From Macrostomum lignano (lineage: Eukaryota): a stretch of DNA of 64,000 nucleotides. Positions 23,245 to 36,543 of this stretch are shown in pieces; the first letter of the stretch is position 1; each line of letters opens with the position of its first letter. Position numbers and translations under genes: made by a program. The stretch is taken from the NCBI GenBank assembly GCA_002269645.1, contig NIVC01000001.1, positions 1,550,001-1,614,000 of the forward strand. The letters are read 5' to 3'. Below the pieces are notes generated by a model. That model searched no databases and had not been told where the DNA came from. It saw nothing but the letters and a program-made list of their open reading frames with translations.

Positions 23245-24089
23245 GTGCCCAGGGCGCCCTTTGTGCTGGCGCCCTTTGTGCTGGCGCCCCTGGTGCTGGC
23301 GCCCCTGGTGCTGGCGCCCCTGGTGCTGGCGCCCCTGGTGCTGGCGCCCCTGGTGCTGGCGCCCCTGGTGCTGGCGCCCCTGGTGCTAAAGCCCCTGGTG
23401 CTAAAGCCCATGGTGCTAAAGCCCCTGGTGCTAAAGCCCCTGGTGCTAAAGCCCCTGGTGCTAAAGCCCCTGGTGCTAAAGCCCATGGTGCTAAAGCCCA
23501 TGGTGCTAAAGCCCCTGGTGCTAAAGCCCCTGGTGCTGGCGCCCCTGGTGCTGGCGCCCCTGGTGCTGGCGCCCCTGGTGCTAAAGCCCCTGGTGCTAAA
23601 GCCCATGGTGCTAAAGCCCCTGGTGCTAAAGCCCCTGGTGCTAAAGCCCCTGGTGCTAAAGCCCCTGGTGCTAAAGCCCATGGTGCTAAAGCCCATGGTG
23701 CTAAAGCCCCTGGTGCTAAAGCCCCTGGTGCTAAAGCCCCTGGTGCTAAAGCCCATGGTGCTAAAGCCCCTGGTGCTAAAGCCCCTGGTGCTAAAGCCCC
23801 TGGTGCTAAAGCCCCTGGTGCTAAAGCCCCTGGTGCTAAAGCCCCTGGTGCTAAAGCCCCTGGTGCTAAAGCCCCTGGTGCTAAAGCCCCTGGTGCTAAA
23901 GCCCCTGGTGCTAAAGCCCCTGGTGCTAAAGCCCCTGGTGCTAAAGCCCCTGGTGCTAAAGCCCCTGGTGCTAAAGCCCCTGGTGCTAAAGCCCCTGGTG
24001 CTAAAGCCCCTGGTGCTAAAGCCCCTGGTGCTAAAGCCCCTGGTGCTAAAGCCCCTGGTGCTAAAGCCCCTGGTGCTAAAGCCCCTGGT
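23245..24089. repeat. 15-bp minisatellite CTGGTGCT(GGC/AAA)GCCC, ~56 copies
   Basis: Blocks of GGC, AAA and CCAT variants, with a homogeneous 3' end. Confidence 0.95.
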
Positions 24090-24297
24090 TCTCAGTTAAG
24101 CTAAAGGTGCTAAAGAAAAGGTGCCAGTTTTCACTAAAACAAAATGGTGCACCTGATGCTAGCGCTCATGGCGCCAACGCCAGGCCCTGGCCAGACCCTT
24201 GTTACGCCGCTGTTCCCCAAGTTTTTTCGCATTTTGCGAATCAAGCAAAAATATTGACATATTGCAAAGATTACAAAATAGTATAGCGTTGGTTATT

Positions 24298-27200
24298 TTA
24301 ATGTTTCTCTTCGATTTCAATTTTCTCTCGCCGCCAGTGGCGCCAGTAGCGCAGTATGACTCGCGCCGCGGCGACCTGGCGCTGGAGCTCGGCTGTGTTT
24401 GTAATCACGACTCGCTCGGACTTGGCCTTGCCGGCCGGCCGTATCTCGGACAGCGCCTCCTCGGCCTCATCGCCAGTGCCAAGGAAGTTCTTGGTAAGCG
24501 CGTCCAGCAGGTCAACGCAGTAGACAGTGTCGCCTTCGCAGATTGGGACGCAAAGGCTGGCCAGTTTGATCTTGTTCGGAGCCGGGATCTGCGAAGGGAG
24601 CGATGCGGCTGGAGTTTGTGTAATCGGGATATTTTTTCACTACCCGCGATTCGAAGTTTTACACGGACTACTTGGAGTAGAATGTTAGGGATGTGGAGGT
24701 CGAGGTGGAGTCAAACACTATTTGAATCGAATAGAGATAGGTTGGACCATAGACAACGCGACGCCATTTCTCTAACTGAGAAACCCCACTGAGAGACAAG
24801 CGAATCTAGAATCGGACATTCAGGAACTGTGCATATATATTTATAGTATTTTAAATGAGTTGATTAACATCAGAGCTACAAGTCTCTGTGCACTGTAAAG
24901 ATTCTCGAACGCTAACGAGTGCGTCATTGACAAAATTACGAGTGCGCGAGTCCCTTTTGGCCATGGACACCACAAGTCAGCGTTGAGAACTACATGATGA
25001 GAACTACACTGCCCAGATTGGAAGTGCTTGGTGCATCTTTTTATTGACTTTTTGAGTTTCTCACCCCCACTTGCGCACATTTGCCATAACCCTATTACTC
25101 GCTTACCTGCAGAGGCGGGTCCAGCTCGTCCAATAGAGTGTAGACATCTCTCAACTGGATAAATCCCCTCGCCTTCAGGTCGTACTTTTCCCACTTTTCG
25201 TAGAACAGATCGAAGTCCTCCTGCGTCAGACCTTCCTGCACGTCCTCCGTGGCCTGGCTGAAGTTTTCCAGGATCACGGCGATGTACATGTTGATGATAA
25301 CTAGGAAGCTGATCACTAGGTAGGAGATGAGGAAAACCACCGCGATGGCGTAGTTACCGCAGTCACTGTGCGGCTTCTTGTTCGGGTTGCACATCGGCGG
25401 CTCTTCGTTCATCAGGCCGTCAAGCACGCCGTCCCAGCCAGCCGACGTGCTCATCTGGAACAGCACGATCATCGCGCTGGGGAAGGTCTCGAAGTTAAAG
25501 ATCTGATCGATGCCGTTGTGATGCCGGACGTGGCTGAAGAAGGACAGGCCGACGATGCTGTAGATGAACATCACCATGAGCAGCAGGATGCCGATGTTGA
25601 ACAGAGCCGGCAGTGACACGAACAGCGAGAACAGCAGCGTCCGGATTCCGCGAGCTGACTTCACCAGCCGGAGGACGCGGCCGACGCGGAAAACGCGAAC
25701 GACTCGAATCATAGTGGGCGGCACCGGCAGCACGTACATGATGTCCTCCATGGCCCAGGTGAGCACGCTCAGCACCACAATGATAAAGTCGAATACGTTC
25801 CAAGCGAATTTGAAGTAGTGCCACCGCTGGGCGAGGAGCTTGAACACGGCCTCACCTGTGAACAGGACGATGAAGAAGCGATTCACTTGGTTGATCGCGT
25901 TGCTGAACGAAGCCGACTGGTTGTGATGCTCCACGCACATCACCACCGTGTTCAGCATGATGAAGGACATGATCACTATATCGAATTTTTGATTGCTGGT
26001 TATAACAAAGAAAAATTTAGAGATTTTCAGCTTCGGTTTCGGGATCGGCTTCTGTGGCGAGACGCTGCTCATCTTTTTCATCGCCTTGTAGTATTTCTTC
26101 TGGTCGTCCGTCATGAACATCTCCAGCGAGCCGCCGGCGCGTTTCTTCTGCATGTTGAAGTTGTCGATGATGACGCCGATGAACAGGTTGAGGGTGAAGA
26201 AGGAGCCGAAAATGATGAAGAGTACAAAGAAGAAGTACATCGGCGTGTTGGCATCGCGAGCTGGCTGCTTGCCGACTCCTGTGGAAAGCAGAAGAGTGTC
26301 CTGTTGTAGGTTGTCAAGTTCCTGCTGACAAACAGCGTAAATAAACAGAAAAGTGCGGAGTTTTTTTACTATTTTGCGTCCTGAACTGCTGCTATTACTG
26401 CTTCAGTCTGCAATAATTGCTACTCCGAAGTACATTTGTTTGATCAGCACTCAGATTGCCTGACTATTGCATAAATGGCCTTCCAAGTGATAACACTATA
26501 GTGAAGTTTGATGCAGTACGGAACCAGCACTCTAAGTCAATCATAGTAGACGTTCTTATCTGGAGTTTTTTGTCTAGACTGACAGGAAGAGCCCCGATGA
26601 TATATTCTATCTCTAAATGGCTTGCCAAACTCCGCAGTTACATCGCTATCAAATGAGCCATCAAATCGTTTCACTGACCTACACGAGAGACGAAAAAATG
26701 AATGATTTCCACATACATTTGAGCCACATCTGCGATATTGCTGCCTTCAAGATGCCTTGGGGGCCTACGTACTTAATATCATAGATATTCTGAGGAGGAT
26801 TGCACCAACCTGTTGTATCCACAGCGTCAGCGATAACCAATGTCCATCCTTTATAGGTAGAGATCTGAAACAGGGCGAGGTAGCCATTCAACACGTTGTC
26901 AAAGTTGATTCTCGAGTTCACCCAGGACACGTTGTCAAAGGCCTGGCGCATCCGCTCGCAGGACTCGACGTCGGGCACCACTTCCGGCAGTAGCCGCTCG
27001 CCAGTCTCCTTGCTGATGCACTTGAAGAACTGGCCGCCGAACAGCTGCACGCCCATGATGCTGAAGATAAGCCAAAACACCAGACACACGAGCAGCACGT
27101 TGAAGATGGACGGGATGGCTTGGATCAGGGCGTTCACCACCACGCGCATGCCCTCCCAGCGGCTGACCGCGCGCAACGGCCTCAGCGCCCGCAGAGTTCG

Positions 27201-30200
27201 CATGGCCTTGAAAGCCCCCATACTCTGGCCGGCCTCGCCGCCCAGCGAGTTCAGCACCAGGCTGATGACTGCCACATTCACGATGACGAAGTCTAGCCAG
27301 CACCAGGCGTCGCTAAAGTACTTCTTCATGCCAAATGCGAACCATTTTACCAGCATCTCGAAAGCAAAGATGATAGTGAAGCACTTGTCCATGTATTCCA
27401 GCGTCAGCTTAAGCTTTGGCCTGCGCGGCAGATTCACATCCTCGAGAGTTAGCGTTAGGCTGCTGATGGCAATCAGCGCGATGATGAATGTCTCAAAGTA
27501 GCGGTGCTCAACTAGTCGGTAGGCCCGGCAGCGCAGGCCCCACCAGAAGCGGCCAAACGCGGTTGAATCGCAGAGTCGCGCAGCGCAAGGAGCAAACAGC
27601 TTTGCCAATTTTGGTGGCAAGCAGTCCTCCGGTGTGTCCCAGTAGAGCACCTCCACTTCAGTCACCTCTGGCTCCTTATAAAAATCTGGTATCTCCGGTG
27701 GGGGAGGTGGCGTGATTTGCACTGCTGTCTTTGGATCGTCTGTCGCTGGCTGGCTGCGCTCCCCTAGAAGCAGATGATTTACACCCGAGAGGCCAAAGTT
27801 TTCTATTACCAAAGCACCGTGACGCGTTAGGGGCGACTGACCACTGCCAAGGGACAGCTCAGGATTGCTGCCGCTTATGCAGCCGCGATGTCCTTTTCCG
27901 TTGTCCGCCTTGCCTTCTTCACCATCGACTCCATCGTCTTCTTCGAACAGATCGCTGTCCGGCACCGGGCGAGCCCAGAGACGACGCTTCAGGCCGCCGA
28001 ATAGCCTTGAACCGAGGCTATTCAGCTTCAGTTTGGACCAGACAATGAAGCGATTGATTCTGTCGATGGCCTGCTGCAGCTTGTTGACCTCTTCCTCTTC
28101 TTCTTCGCGACGCTGGAGACTCTCAGAGCCGAAGCTGCTGAGTAGCAGAGCCAAGAACAAGCTCAGCACCACGAGCCCGGCAATCACCTGCGTCAGCAGG
28201 AAAAACGGTACGCAAACGAAGCCATTGAGACGCATGCAGTCCCACATGCTCTCGATCCACTCGCCACAGAGCACCCGGAACACAATCATGAAACTGTGCG
28301 TGAAGTCCACAAAGTTCCATCGTGGATAGTAGCCGTTGTACTCCGGATACAGTGTGACGTTCTTGTAGGCATTGTAGCTCTCGCCGAATAATTGCATGCC
28401 TACTACGGCGAAAATGAAGATCACAATGCCCAGAACGAACACCAGGTTTCCTAGAGCTCCCATGGTCCGGGCAATGATGGCGAACAGCAGGTTCATGGTC
28501 TGCCAGGACTTGGCCAGCTTGAACACTCGCAGCAGACGGAAAGCTCGCAGGATCGACAAGCCCTGCACATTTTGCAGCGGCAGCTCAACCAAGCTCAGCA
28601 GCACAATGGAGAAATCGAATATGTTCCAGCCGTCGAGGAAGTACACCGCCGGCCGCATACCAATGAGCTTGGAAAACGCCTCGATGGCGAAGGTGGCAGT
28701 GAAGAATAGGTTAGCGTGACTGAGAAACTCCTTGAACGACTGAGAGTTTGCTGGGACGTCCAGAGCCATAAACAGCGTGTTAACTAGGATACAAATTGTA
28801 ATGAAAAGCTCAACAAATGGATCTAAAATGAATAGATTGACGTACTTTTCAACAACCTTCCAACAGTAGCAGCACTCCCAGCTATAGCACAGCTTCTCAA
28901 GCATCACGCGCTTCCAATACTGAAACTTCTTTTCCTTTGGCGCGTCTTCATGGGCGGCAGCGACAGCGACGGCTTCGATGTCTTCAGGCATCGAGTCGGC
29001 ACGATGACAACGGCACTTGTCGCAGTCAGTATTATTGTCATCTGCAGTTATGACATTATCTCTGTCATCGTAGACTTTCTCCTTTTCAGTACTGGGTGCG
29101 TTGCAAATGATGTCATATTTCAACAGCTTCTCCGCTGCTCTGCGTGCCAGCGGCGTTCGCATTGGGGACATCAGCGCCGCTGCGGTAGCTGCCGCGTCCG
29201 GCGTCTGCGCGTTGGAGTCGTCAACAAAGGGAAAAACTGCCTCCTGCGGCGCGCAGTGGCTGCAGGATGAAGCAGCACCAGCTTCCTGGAGGTTCCCCAA
29301 CGAAAGAGACGTCGGAGATTGAAGCATCGGCTCAGCGGCAGCTTCGGCCTCCGCCTCGGCCTCGGCCTCGCGCCGTTCGTCTTCTTCTTTTCGTGCGGCA
29401 ACCTCAGCCTCTTCGTCGAGGATGTCCTGCATTCGCACTTCGTCGTAGGCCATGGCCACAATCGCCAGGATGACATTCATCAGGAAGAATGAGCCCAGCA
29501 TGATGACGAGAACAAAGAAGAAAAAATGAGGCGTACCGTTGGCTCGGATCACGATCTGGTAGAGATTTTCCCAGTAGTCTTGCGTCATCAGGCGAAAGGC
29601 ACATAGCATAGCCCAGCCGAAGTTATCAAAGTTAGTGTAGCCAAAGTTCGGATTCGCTTCGTCTGTGGTAAAGCACTGATAGCCCTGTGGGCAGGGCTGG
29701 CCTAGGCTTGAGTAGCTGCAGATGAGCGTGTCCGGATGCCAGTTGCTGCGGTTGTTGCCGTGCAAGTCCAGCTCCTGCTCTTTTATCTGCTCTAGAGTGC
29801 CCGCGTCCATCTCGGACTCGTTAAAGCCGCGCGCTTCAAGAGCAGCGGTGAAGTTGAACTCCAGTACGCACTTCTGCAGCAGCGTTCCTTTGTACATCTG
29901 CAAGCCGATGAGCGCAAAAATGCTCAGCACAAAGATTGTGAGTATGCCTACATCGCGGAGACGTTTCACAGCCTCCATGAGAGCGCCAACGATAGTCTTG
30001 AGACCGGGCACCGTGGTGACAGTCTTCAGTGCGCGTAACACTCGCAGAGATCGCAGCGCGCTCAGATTACCCAGAGTCGGAATGAAGAACATCAGGTACG
30101 CTAGGCCGATCACGATGAAATCTAGCCAGTTCCAGGCGTCTCTCAGGTAAGTAAATTCGCTCAGGATGAGACCGCGCGATACCGCTTTGATGGTCGCCTC

Positions 30201-30806
30201 GGTGGTGTAGATGGCCGTGAAAGTGTACTCCACTATCTCAGAGCTGCTGTTTCTGGCCATGAAGACGCAGTTGCAGATGATGGCCAGAAGCACCAGCAGG
30301 GAGAAGGCCGGGTGCGTCAGCACGAAGATCGCCCCTCTGCGCACCGGGTTGAAAGGCGACAGGACGAACAGCGCGTTGGTTGCTGAGAACCGGAAGATGG
30401 TCTTGTCCTTGGCGATCACAACAAAAGTCATCTTGTCCGCGTAGAATTCATCAATATCTTCCAGAGGAATTCCGCTCAGCTTCTTTACCGGAAAAATATC
30501 AGACATCGATGGCGGCAGCTTCATCCCGGCTTCCAGCTTTGCGTTTGGCCGACGCTCCTCAGACGAGCCCGGCTGGTGGGCATGCTGCTGTTGCTGCTGC
30601 TGAGGCAGCGCCGGAGGCCCGAGCCCGGTGGTCGCGTTGCCAGCCTCGGCGGCAGCGAGCGGCGTGGCGGAGTTGGGAAACGCTGAGGCGTGATGCGCCC
30701 CAAGCGCCTGGCCAAGGAAGCTGAGCTCCTCCTGGCGACGTCGGATCTTGGCCAGAGACTCTGGCACAAACTGACGAAACACGCCGGGCTGGGGCGCTGA
30801 TGGCAT
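24298..30806 (-). CDS. voltage-gated sodium channel alpha subunit, Nav1 (DEKA) type, ~1819 aa; exons 30806-26810, 26278-25107, 24588-24298
   Basis: Four repeats with S4 helices. Pore loops QDYWEN / GEWIES / YKGWT / SAGWDG give DEKA, and the inactivation motif is MFMT. Splice junctions ACAG|GTTGGT..CCACAG|GA (phase 1) and CAG|GTAAGC..TCGCAG|ATC (phase 0) keep the frame. C-terminal EF-hand and IQ-like region. Confidence 0.95.
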
Positions 30807-33436
30807 GACGACGAATTATTTCACAGGTTTATTCCCAGTAATCTTTTGCAGACAGTTTCTAACAGTCTAACACTTAATTTCTCGAACTCTACCGAGTTGC
30901 GGCGCCATTTGAACCGCTGTGGCGTCGCAAGTTTCCGGGCGAGTCCCAGCGGGCCAATGGCGAGCAACGCGTCAGCCTCTCAGGGCAGGGAGAGGCGGTT
31001 CAGCTCGGAGCGGCTTGACGGACGTTGGAATATTGCAAATTTGCAGCAGGGCGTGATGCAAATTTTCCCGCCGACTATGAAAATTGTGACAACTGAGGCT
31101 CCAATTAGAAATTTAATCTGCGACAGAAGCGACTAGCAGGAATTGGTGAGCAGTTTGTTAGAATCAATTTTCAGCGGCCCGCGCGGCTACTCTGGAGTCG
31201 CTCCCCGGAGACGGCGAGGGCCCCGACAAGGAGAGAGTCTGTCTAAATTGCCTCGAGGGTTCTGGTCTCTCTGGCGAAGTGCATGCAGATCGTCACCTCG
31301 GCAATCCTTAATTGTGGGGTCAAAAGTGTTCTACGAAATTCAAACGAACTCTCCATCTTTCAATAAAGATGCTTGTTGTAGATTGCGTTCATAGAACGCA
31401 AAAATCATAGAACGCTCTGTCTTCTACATCGTATCTTTTGGTCCAGCTATGCGATGTGCCGCTTGAAAGCATCTGCCGGGTACGTACGAAATAGATGAGG
31501 ATGAATAACTGCGTTAAAGTAGTCACGTTGTTGATGTCAGTGAATGTCACCACCGATTCAAATGGAAAGTCAAAGTTCAAGTCGGGACAATAGTCCGACA
31601 CTTCAGAATTGGATCATTTTGGAATCCCTGCCAACGCAAGATCAGCCATCTGCGCTTACTACAACAAAGATGGATGATCACAGACAACCCAGAGTCAGGC
31701 ACCGATTGACTGTCCAGCATGATGCAGCATCCAATCACAGGATGTTGTTCTACAATTAAAAACATCAAAGCAATAAAGTAATTGATGGTGGCATAAAACT
31801 TCGCATAGAGCGTCGCTGTAGTCTTCGTGTCAAAGGCCGCCAAGACCGCGGCTTAAAGTCCGTTGGGCGAGGATGTACTGAAGTACCAAATCTCGACGGT
31901 GTAGCAACTCGACTCTGGTTTGCTACTAGCAATTTACGTAATCCTCTCTGGACCCGACACTTTCTAAAATCTCAGAAATAAACCTCTAGATTGCTAGCTT
32001 TTCCTGTGGTTCTTTCGTCAGTAAAAGCTGATAATTACGAGCTAGGCCACTGCCACAGAACTGCACTCGACTTGTGACAATAAACCCATCAAGTTGATAA
32101 AACGTCAATCAAGTGAACAGCTCGTAGTAATTAAGTTGTCTCTGGTTAAAAAGACAACCAAGTAGAGAACTTCAAAGCAAGTGCTTTGAGTACAGAACTC
32201 GCGTCGTGTGGCCTTAAACGTCTTTGATAAAAAACCCACCAGAAGACTGAAACGCTTAAAATAGTGCGCAGGGCGCACTACAATCTGTGCATGCACGTAT
32301 AGAGCAGAGCACGTCCATATATTTTTAAGCAAAATTATACTGCACAAGAGTACACAGCTAGTACAAATAATTAAATAAAAGTAGTTTTGTTCGAGTACCG
32401 TGGGGTATTTTACACTCGAAGATTAGTAAGGGAATATTTGCGAAGTTGTCAGTGAGACAAACAGACAGGTAAATTGTTAAATTAAAAATCAAGCGACGTT
32501 CGGACGCGCCCAAGGAAAAATAAAAAACTCGTCGAACTTCAAGCACCAATGCCTACTGGAAGTAGCAATGCAGAATAAAATTGACAGGAAAACAGAATTG
32601 AAACATCGATTTATCAATTAAATCCATTTTGAACGCGCAGTCAACGCGGACAATGGATCAGTGAGGTCTGCTAAATGTGGGAAATCAGTGCTCACTTCAG
32701 TGCTCAGTGCTCATCGGGATTTTGAAGCGAACCGGTGACTCTGCGAGTCCGTCCTTAAGTGCTCGCAGCAGACGGAACTGCGTTAACAAATTGTATTTAC
32801 AGTTTTGGGATAGCATGGAAAATCATTGAAAATATGAATTGCTCATAAAAATGTTTCGACTATATTTAAATACATAATACTACTTACATATTCTGAAAAA
32901 AAACAGGGGAGGGCCACGTCGGAAACTGGGCAAGAGACTGAACTCAACCATAGACCTCGGGACTTAAGTTTGGGGACGTAAATCACATTGAAATTGAAAA
33001 GAAGATGGAAATGTGACAGTGATAATATGTAGATAATAGAGGTAAAATGGTGACTGGACAAGAGGGTAAAATGGAGACTGTCGGGTAAATGGTGACTGGA
33101 CGAGAGGGTAAAAATGATACCAAGGGGTAAAAGCGATTAAGAAAGGGCAAACATTACCGAATTGAGATGGAGTGACCATCCAGCTACATTATATTGAACC
33201 TTAATTTCGAATACTATAGTTATCCGTTAAGTGGTTATAGCTGAGGCCAGTTCTAAACAATAAGGAGGTAGCGGAGATGTAAGACATTAAAAAAGAGAAA
33301 ATGAGTTCAGCAAAAGGCCAGAACAGACTAAAATAAAAAAGATTTCCGGAGGTAGAGAGCCAGTCCTAATGTCTATAAAGATACAAAGGAGGACAATTCA
33401 AATCGTTCCCCATCAACAGGACAGCTGTAGTGACTA

Positions 33437-33465
33437 TCAGGACACGGGCAAGTCTCTGTGACTGC

Positions 33466-33505
<40 letters not shown>

Positions 33506-35144
33506 AATTCGAAGCATCTCCCTGAGCGAATTGACCTCCTCACGCAGAGAGTTGAGCTGAGCCCTGAGCACGGCGTTCTCCTTCTCCAGGTAGCTGGCTC
33601 GGACCGCTACTTCGTCTTCGCGCTGTTTCCGGGCGTCGCGCGACTTTTTGGCTGCTGCGTTGTTCCGCTTCCGGCGCTCGAAGTACCTGGCGGAGAGGGG
33701 GGTGTAAGCATGCGGTACCCAGTCCAAGAATCCCGGGTCCCAATGGGTCAGTCAGTTCGAGAATCCCAGGTCCTAGTTGATCAGTCAGTCAGTCAGTCCG
33801 AGAATCCCAGGTCCCAGTGGGTCAGTCAGTCAGTCCGAGAATCCCGGGTCCCAGTGGGTCAGTCAGTCAGACAGTCCGAGAATCCCGGGTCCCAGTGGGT
33901 CAGTCAGTCCGAAAATCCCGGGTTCTAATGGGTCAGTCAGTCAGTCCGAGAATCCCGGGTCCCAGTGGGTCAGTCAGTCAGTCCGAGAATCCCGGGTCCC
34001 AGTGGGTCAGTCAGTCCGAGAATCCCGGGTCCCAGTGGGTCAGTCAGTTCGAGAATCCCTGGTCCCAGTGGGTCAGTCAGATAGTCCGAGAATCCCGGGT
34101 CCCAGTGGGTCAGTCAGTCCGAGAATCCCGGGTCCCAGTGGGTCAGTCAGTCAGTCCGAGAATCCCGGGTCCCAGTGGGTCTGTCAGTCCGAGAATCCCG
34201 GGTCCCAGTGGGTCAGTTAGACAGTCCGAGAATCCCGGGTCCCAGTGGGTCAGCCAGTCCGAGAATGCTGGATTTTGTTTCAAATAGAGTCTGCAGAGTT
34301 CTATCACTAAATAGCACTTTAAGAACCCTTGCCTTGCCCTGATTGTTGAAGGTGCAATCAAGAAAAATCGATGGGAAACTTCATTTCACCTGGAGTCCTT
34401 GAGATCGTTCGGCACTGGCTTCTTGCTTGTCCCGGCGGCGCCTCTCCGGCCAAATTTGGCGCCAGCCGGAGGCGTCTGGTTCGACGCGCTGGACGAAGTC
34501 GGCGAGCAGCTGCTGTTTGTGGTGGCGGCGCAGTCGGCATCAGTGTCGCCGAGTTGGATCGGGTAGCGAGTTGTTGTTGCTATGGTAACTGCCGATGTCA
34601 GCTGGTCGCACGCTTGAGGCATCTGATAGGCGGTTGAAGACGTCGGAAGCGAAGGCAGGTGAGGCTGGTGCAGCTGGTGTGGCTGGGGCAGGTAGTTGAT
34701 TGTCGACACCGGCACCTTCTCGGGTCGGGGCAGATCGTACATGCTAGCCAGATGCTGCTGCTGATAGTTTTGAAGCTGAGGCTGCTGCTGATGCTGCTGC
34801 TGATGCAGATGCTGGTGCTCGGGCTGAGCAACCATCATCAGACTGGCATAGTCTGGCAAATCAGTTGGCTCCTGCAGCTGATGCAGCTGCGGCTGCTGCA
34901 GATGCTGCGAAGTGGAGTGATCGGCGAACAGTCGATAGGCTGCGAACGGCTCGGCATCGATCGGGGCTGAAAACGGGGCCGTCGAGTTGGCATTGCTCCG
35001 CGCGGTGGCCAGAGGAGAGGACAGCGGCTGCTGCTGCTGCTGCTGCTGGAGGTGCTGCTGAGGCCGCTGTTGGCTTGACTGTGTTGAAGCAGGCGGTGCA
35101 TTGGGTGACATTGGCTGTTGTTTGACTGGCAGAGTAGTGTCCAT
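33437..35144 (-). CDS. PAR/ces-2-type bZIP transcription factor (334 aa); exons 35144-34390, 33686-33437
   Basis: Spliced KPVPNDLKDSRYFERRKRNNAAAKKSRDARKQREDEVAVRASYLEKENAVLR matches the HLF/TEF/DBP/ces-2/giant basic region. Phase-2 GT-AG intron. polyQ tracts. Confidence 0.9.
33720..34265. repeat. intronic minisatellite GAGAATCCCGGGTCCCAGTGGG(TCAG)nTCC
   Basis: About 15 copies with a variable TCAG core in the bZIP intron. Confidence 0.93.
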
Positions 35145-36543
35145 TAAATCCTAGCAGTGAGCTCTGCCGAACTGGAGTCCACCGACTGCTCAGTTTAAAT
35201 TAGGCAGTAATGATAGATTCAAAGTGCCTCTGTGCTTGCAACATGCTGCTTCTTGGACTCAATGCGTTTATTTCCTATCAAATTATAATTTATTTTATTA
35301 GTTGACTTCGCTATCAAAGCAGTTTCTGCGCCACGAAATGTAAAATGCTGATCATGGCGATGCCTATAAAAGGTCTCGGCAGCCGCACATTCTTGCTCGA
35401 ATGCCGGGGTGGTTGGGTTTTGAGAGGAGAGGCCTTCTTTCACAACTCTCTTTGGCCTTCAATTCTTTTTATCGAAGAGCATGCAAGGACTGGCGATTTC
35501 AGTTCAATCGTTGGGCCGTGGCTTTTGTCAAACCCACCAACCCCCGAGAGACTTCACAGCCGCCTGCCGGGCCATTTCGTTCAAAACATTATAGTGGAGA
35601 CCCCCGCACCCAAACCCTCTCCTATCCACGCCCTACATTTCGTCCCTTTTTCCAACGATTTCACGTCCACTCCGAGTGGAGGAGGGACTGCGGGGATAGG
35701 GGGTTGGTCGGCCAGCTGGTTGCGCAACCACTCATCTTAGTCTGCCAGCTAGGGTTCTAGGCTAGTAATAATCTGTAAACATTTTCGCGTGAATTGGTCT
35801 TTGCAATTGCCACCAGTTCACGTACATGTAGCAGGTATAATCAGATGACCCATTCCAGTAACTTTTCATGAAGTTTATAAACACTTTCTTTCTGCAACGC
35901 GTGTCCCTAATTACATGTATACTCGATTATCCAACTTTAAGCAGAAATGGTCTCACATGTCGATTCCCCAGAGCTCTGGCCTGCTTTTATCTTATCTTTT
36001 TTTCAAGCTGGAACTTTTGCAGTTAAAGCTTTTGGCCTGATCGAAATCTGTTTCCGAACACGCCTTGAGACCTGCTGAGCAGTCTGCTGCAGTAGCAAAC
36101 GGACAGGTAAATTTGGCTTTATTTTAGACACCGAGTAAAGTAGTTGCACCATTGACTAGCAGCTACATGTACATGAAGCTTTGCTGCTTGCAGGCTCTGC
36201 AAATGTGATTTGCTTTGGGTAAACAATTGCCACGACTTTGGATCTGTTGAAGCTTAATCAATTCAAGATTGAGTAGCCGGTGGGAGAAACCGGCCCCCAC
36301 CCAGCTGCGGTACTTCCTGACCGACAAAAAATTAAGTAAGTAAAGTGCTGCAAATGTTGTTTTGCAGTAAGGACAACACTAGGTGCAATCATGCAGCGCC
36401 CTCCCCGTTAGGGAGGCAACAAAGAATGGAATAATTTTTTTGAATAGACTAGCTTCTGATGTTTCCATCTCATCAATTCCCACCGCCTTGATTTCTTGTT
36501 GCCTAGAATCGGCTTATCTCCTCAGACCAGCCAGACTCCCTAC

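Noticed and set aside
25368-30769. Many plus-strand and alternate-frame ORFs over the Nav, PAN-LamG, STPG1 and ERLEC1 genes
   Set aside because: Antisense or shifted shadows of GC-rich coding sequence with no recognisable motifs.
31389-31601. 70-aa minus-strand ORF upstream of Nav
   Set aside because: No recognisable domain and no splice link to the Nav ATG could be established. It might be a uORF but is unsupported.
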